Shown here: positions 62,740 to 64,000 of the stretch, in pieces
How the letters are laid out: the number at the start of each line of letters is the position of its first letter
How positions within the stretch are numbered: the stretch's first letter is position 1
Assembly (NCBI GenBank): GCA_963796685.1
Contig: CAWCMR010000018.1
Coordinates: forward strand, 29,288-93,287
Direction: 5' to 3'
Source: an uncultured delta proteobacterium
GTDB taxonomy: Bacteria > Myxococcota_A > Polyangia > Fen-1088
Length of the DNA stretch: 64,000 nucleotides
The notes under the pieces: generated by a model
What the model was told of the DNA's origin: nothing
Seen by the model: the letters and a program-made list of their open reading frames with translations, nothing else
The model's database searches: none
Program-made: the position numbers and the translations under genes

Positions 62740-63521
62740 TGGACATCTTCAGCTTCGAAGTCGTCGCCAGCCTGGTCAGCCTGACCTTGCTCGAAGTGGT
62801 CCTGGGGGTCGACAACGTCGTCTTCCTTGCCATTCTGTCCCAGCGTCTGCCCGACGCCCAGGCGAGCAAGGCGCGCCGGCTGGGGCTTGGCATGGGCTTG
62901 GTCATGCGTCTGGGCCTGCTCTTCACCTTGTCGTGGTTGGCCGGACTCGTCGTCCCCTTGTTCACCTTGGCCGGTCATGCGGTGTCGGGGCGCGACCTGG
63001 TGCTGCTGGGCGGAGGGCTGTTCCTCATCGGCAAAGCCACCTTCGAGATCCAAGCCAAGTTGGAGTCGGGGGACACCGATCACCTGCCGCGTCCCGGCCG
63101 TCGCGCGCCGACGCTGGGCTCGACGGTAGTCCAGATCGCGCTGGTCGACGTGGTGCTGTCCCTGGATTCCGTGATCACCGCTGTCGGCATGGCGCCGCGG
63201 CTGTGGGTCATGGTCGCGGCCATGGTTTTGGCCATGGCCATGATGATCGTCGCTGCCGACCAGACCACCGCGTTCATCCAGCGCCATCCCAGCATGAAGA
63301 TTCTCGGGCTGGCCTTCCTCATTCTGATCGGCGTGATGCTGGTCGGGGATGCCCTGGGCCACCACCTGCCGCGCGGCTACGTCTACTTCGCCATGGGCTT
63401 CTCGCTGGTCGTCGAGCTCATCAACACCCGCGTCCGCGAGCGCAGCAAGACCGCGCACAGGCTGGACGTGCTCGACGAGCCGATTACCCAGCCAGAGCGC
63501 AAGATCGTTGCGAGCAAGTAA
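62739..63521 (+). CDS. TerC family membrane protein
   Basis: LEVVLGVDNV, DVVLSLDSVITAVGM; TGATG coupling to rnhA. Confidence 0.93.
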   Translation: MDIFSFEVVASLVSLTLLEVVLGVDNVVFLAILSQRLPDAQASKARRLGLGMGLVMRLGLLFTLSWLAGLVVPLFTLAGHAVSGRDLVLLGGGLFLIGKATFEIQAKLESGDTDHLPRPGRRAPTLGSTVVQIALVDVVLSLDSVITAVGMAPRLWVMVAAMVLAMAMMIVAADQTTAFIQRHPSMKILGLAFLILIGVMLVGDALGHHLPRGYVYFAMGFSLVVELINTRVRERSKTAHRLDVLDEPITQPERKIVASK

Positions 63522-63527
63522 TACTGG

Positions 63528-64000
63528 TCAGTGTCCGCGCAACTGGTCGATGCGCTTTTCGATGATGGCCCGGTCGGTCGCCTTGGGCGCGGCCTTGAGA
63601 TAGAGCTTGAGTTGCTTGACGGCGTCCGCGTTCTTCCCCGACTGGGCGTAGGCGAGGCCGAGCCCGCGATGAATGGCAGGATCCCTCGGGTTCAGCTTGA
63701 GCGCCTGGTTGAAGTCGGCGATGGCCGCCGCGGTCTTGCCCTGGAAGAGACTGGCGTTTGCGCGATCGTAGGCTTCGTTGGCGCGCCGGTAGTCTTCCTC
63801 GCTCGGCTTGCCACCCGCGGTCTTGGGCTCGGGCGCGGCGGCAGGCTCTGCCTTGGGCTTCTCCGCGCTTGCGGCCCGTTCGGGGTGGGCCGGTTTCTCC
63901 GTCCGTTCCGACTTTTCCGCGGGCGGGGCCTTTTCAGCGTGGGAAGGCCGTTCCGATCTCTCCGCAGGCAGGGTTCTTTCCCCGCGGACCGGCTTTTCGG
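63528..64000 (-). CDS. TPR protein (3' end only)
   Basis: Manual translation: ..AIADFNQALKLNPRDPAIHRGLGLAYAQ..YLKAAPKATDR..QLRGH*. Confidence 0.75.
   Translation of the reverse strand, partial: EKPVRGERTLPAERSERPSHAEKAPPAEKSERTEKPAHPERAASAEKPKAEPAAAPEPKTAGGKPSEEDYRRANEAYDRANASLFQGKTAAAIADFNQALKLNPRDPAIHRGLGLAYAQSGKNADAVKQLKLYLKAAPKATDRAIIEKRIDQLRGH

Overview
High-GC bacterial DNA, most likely Myxococcota, inferred from the dnaX-ybaB-recR-mglB-mglA synteny, a CglC-like lipoprotein, a TIGR02266-type PilZ protein and Ser/Thr kinase plus TPR-PEGA genes. Positions 1-16.5 kb hold housekeeping genes (stand-alone EF-G, orphan Dam-type methylase, PduO, TMTC-like glycosyltransferase, DEAD-box helicase, mglBA, recR, ybaB, dnaX). 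Positions 16.6-38.7 kb are a chemosensory island with two divergent complete che operons, CheX, CheD, STAS proteins and sigma-28-type promoters. A lipoprotein-kinase-PEGA module, an HDOD protein, a cytochrome c, an AAA+ protein, a giant TPR protein and metabolic/envelope genes follow. The best unannotated signals are: (1) a complete transcription attenuator ahead of DAHP synthase whose 24-aa leader peptide is rich in Phe, Tyr and Trp together; (2) periodic palindromic MITE/REP-like elements, one enclosing an apparent internally deleted GxxExxY nuclease gene; (3) a sigma-28 regulon hinting at flagella; (4) seven +1 frameshifts at CTCGAG/GAGCTC/GATC palindromes, probably systematic sequencing errors. 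All family calls come from motif recognition by eye; no searches were run.
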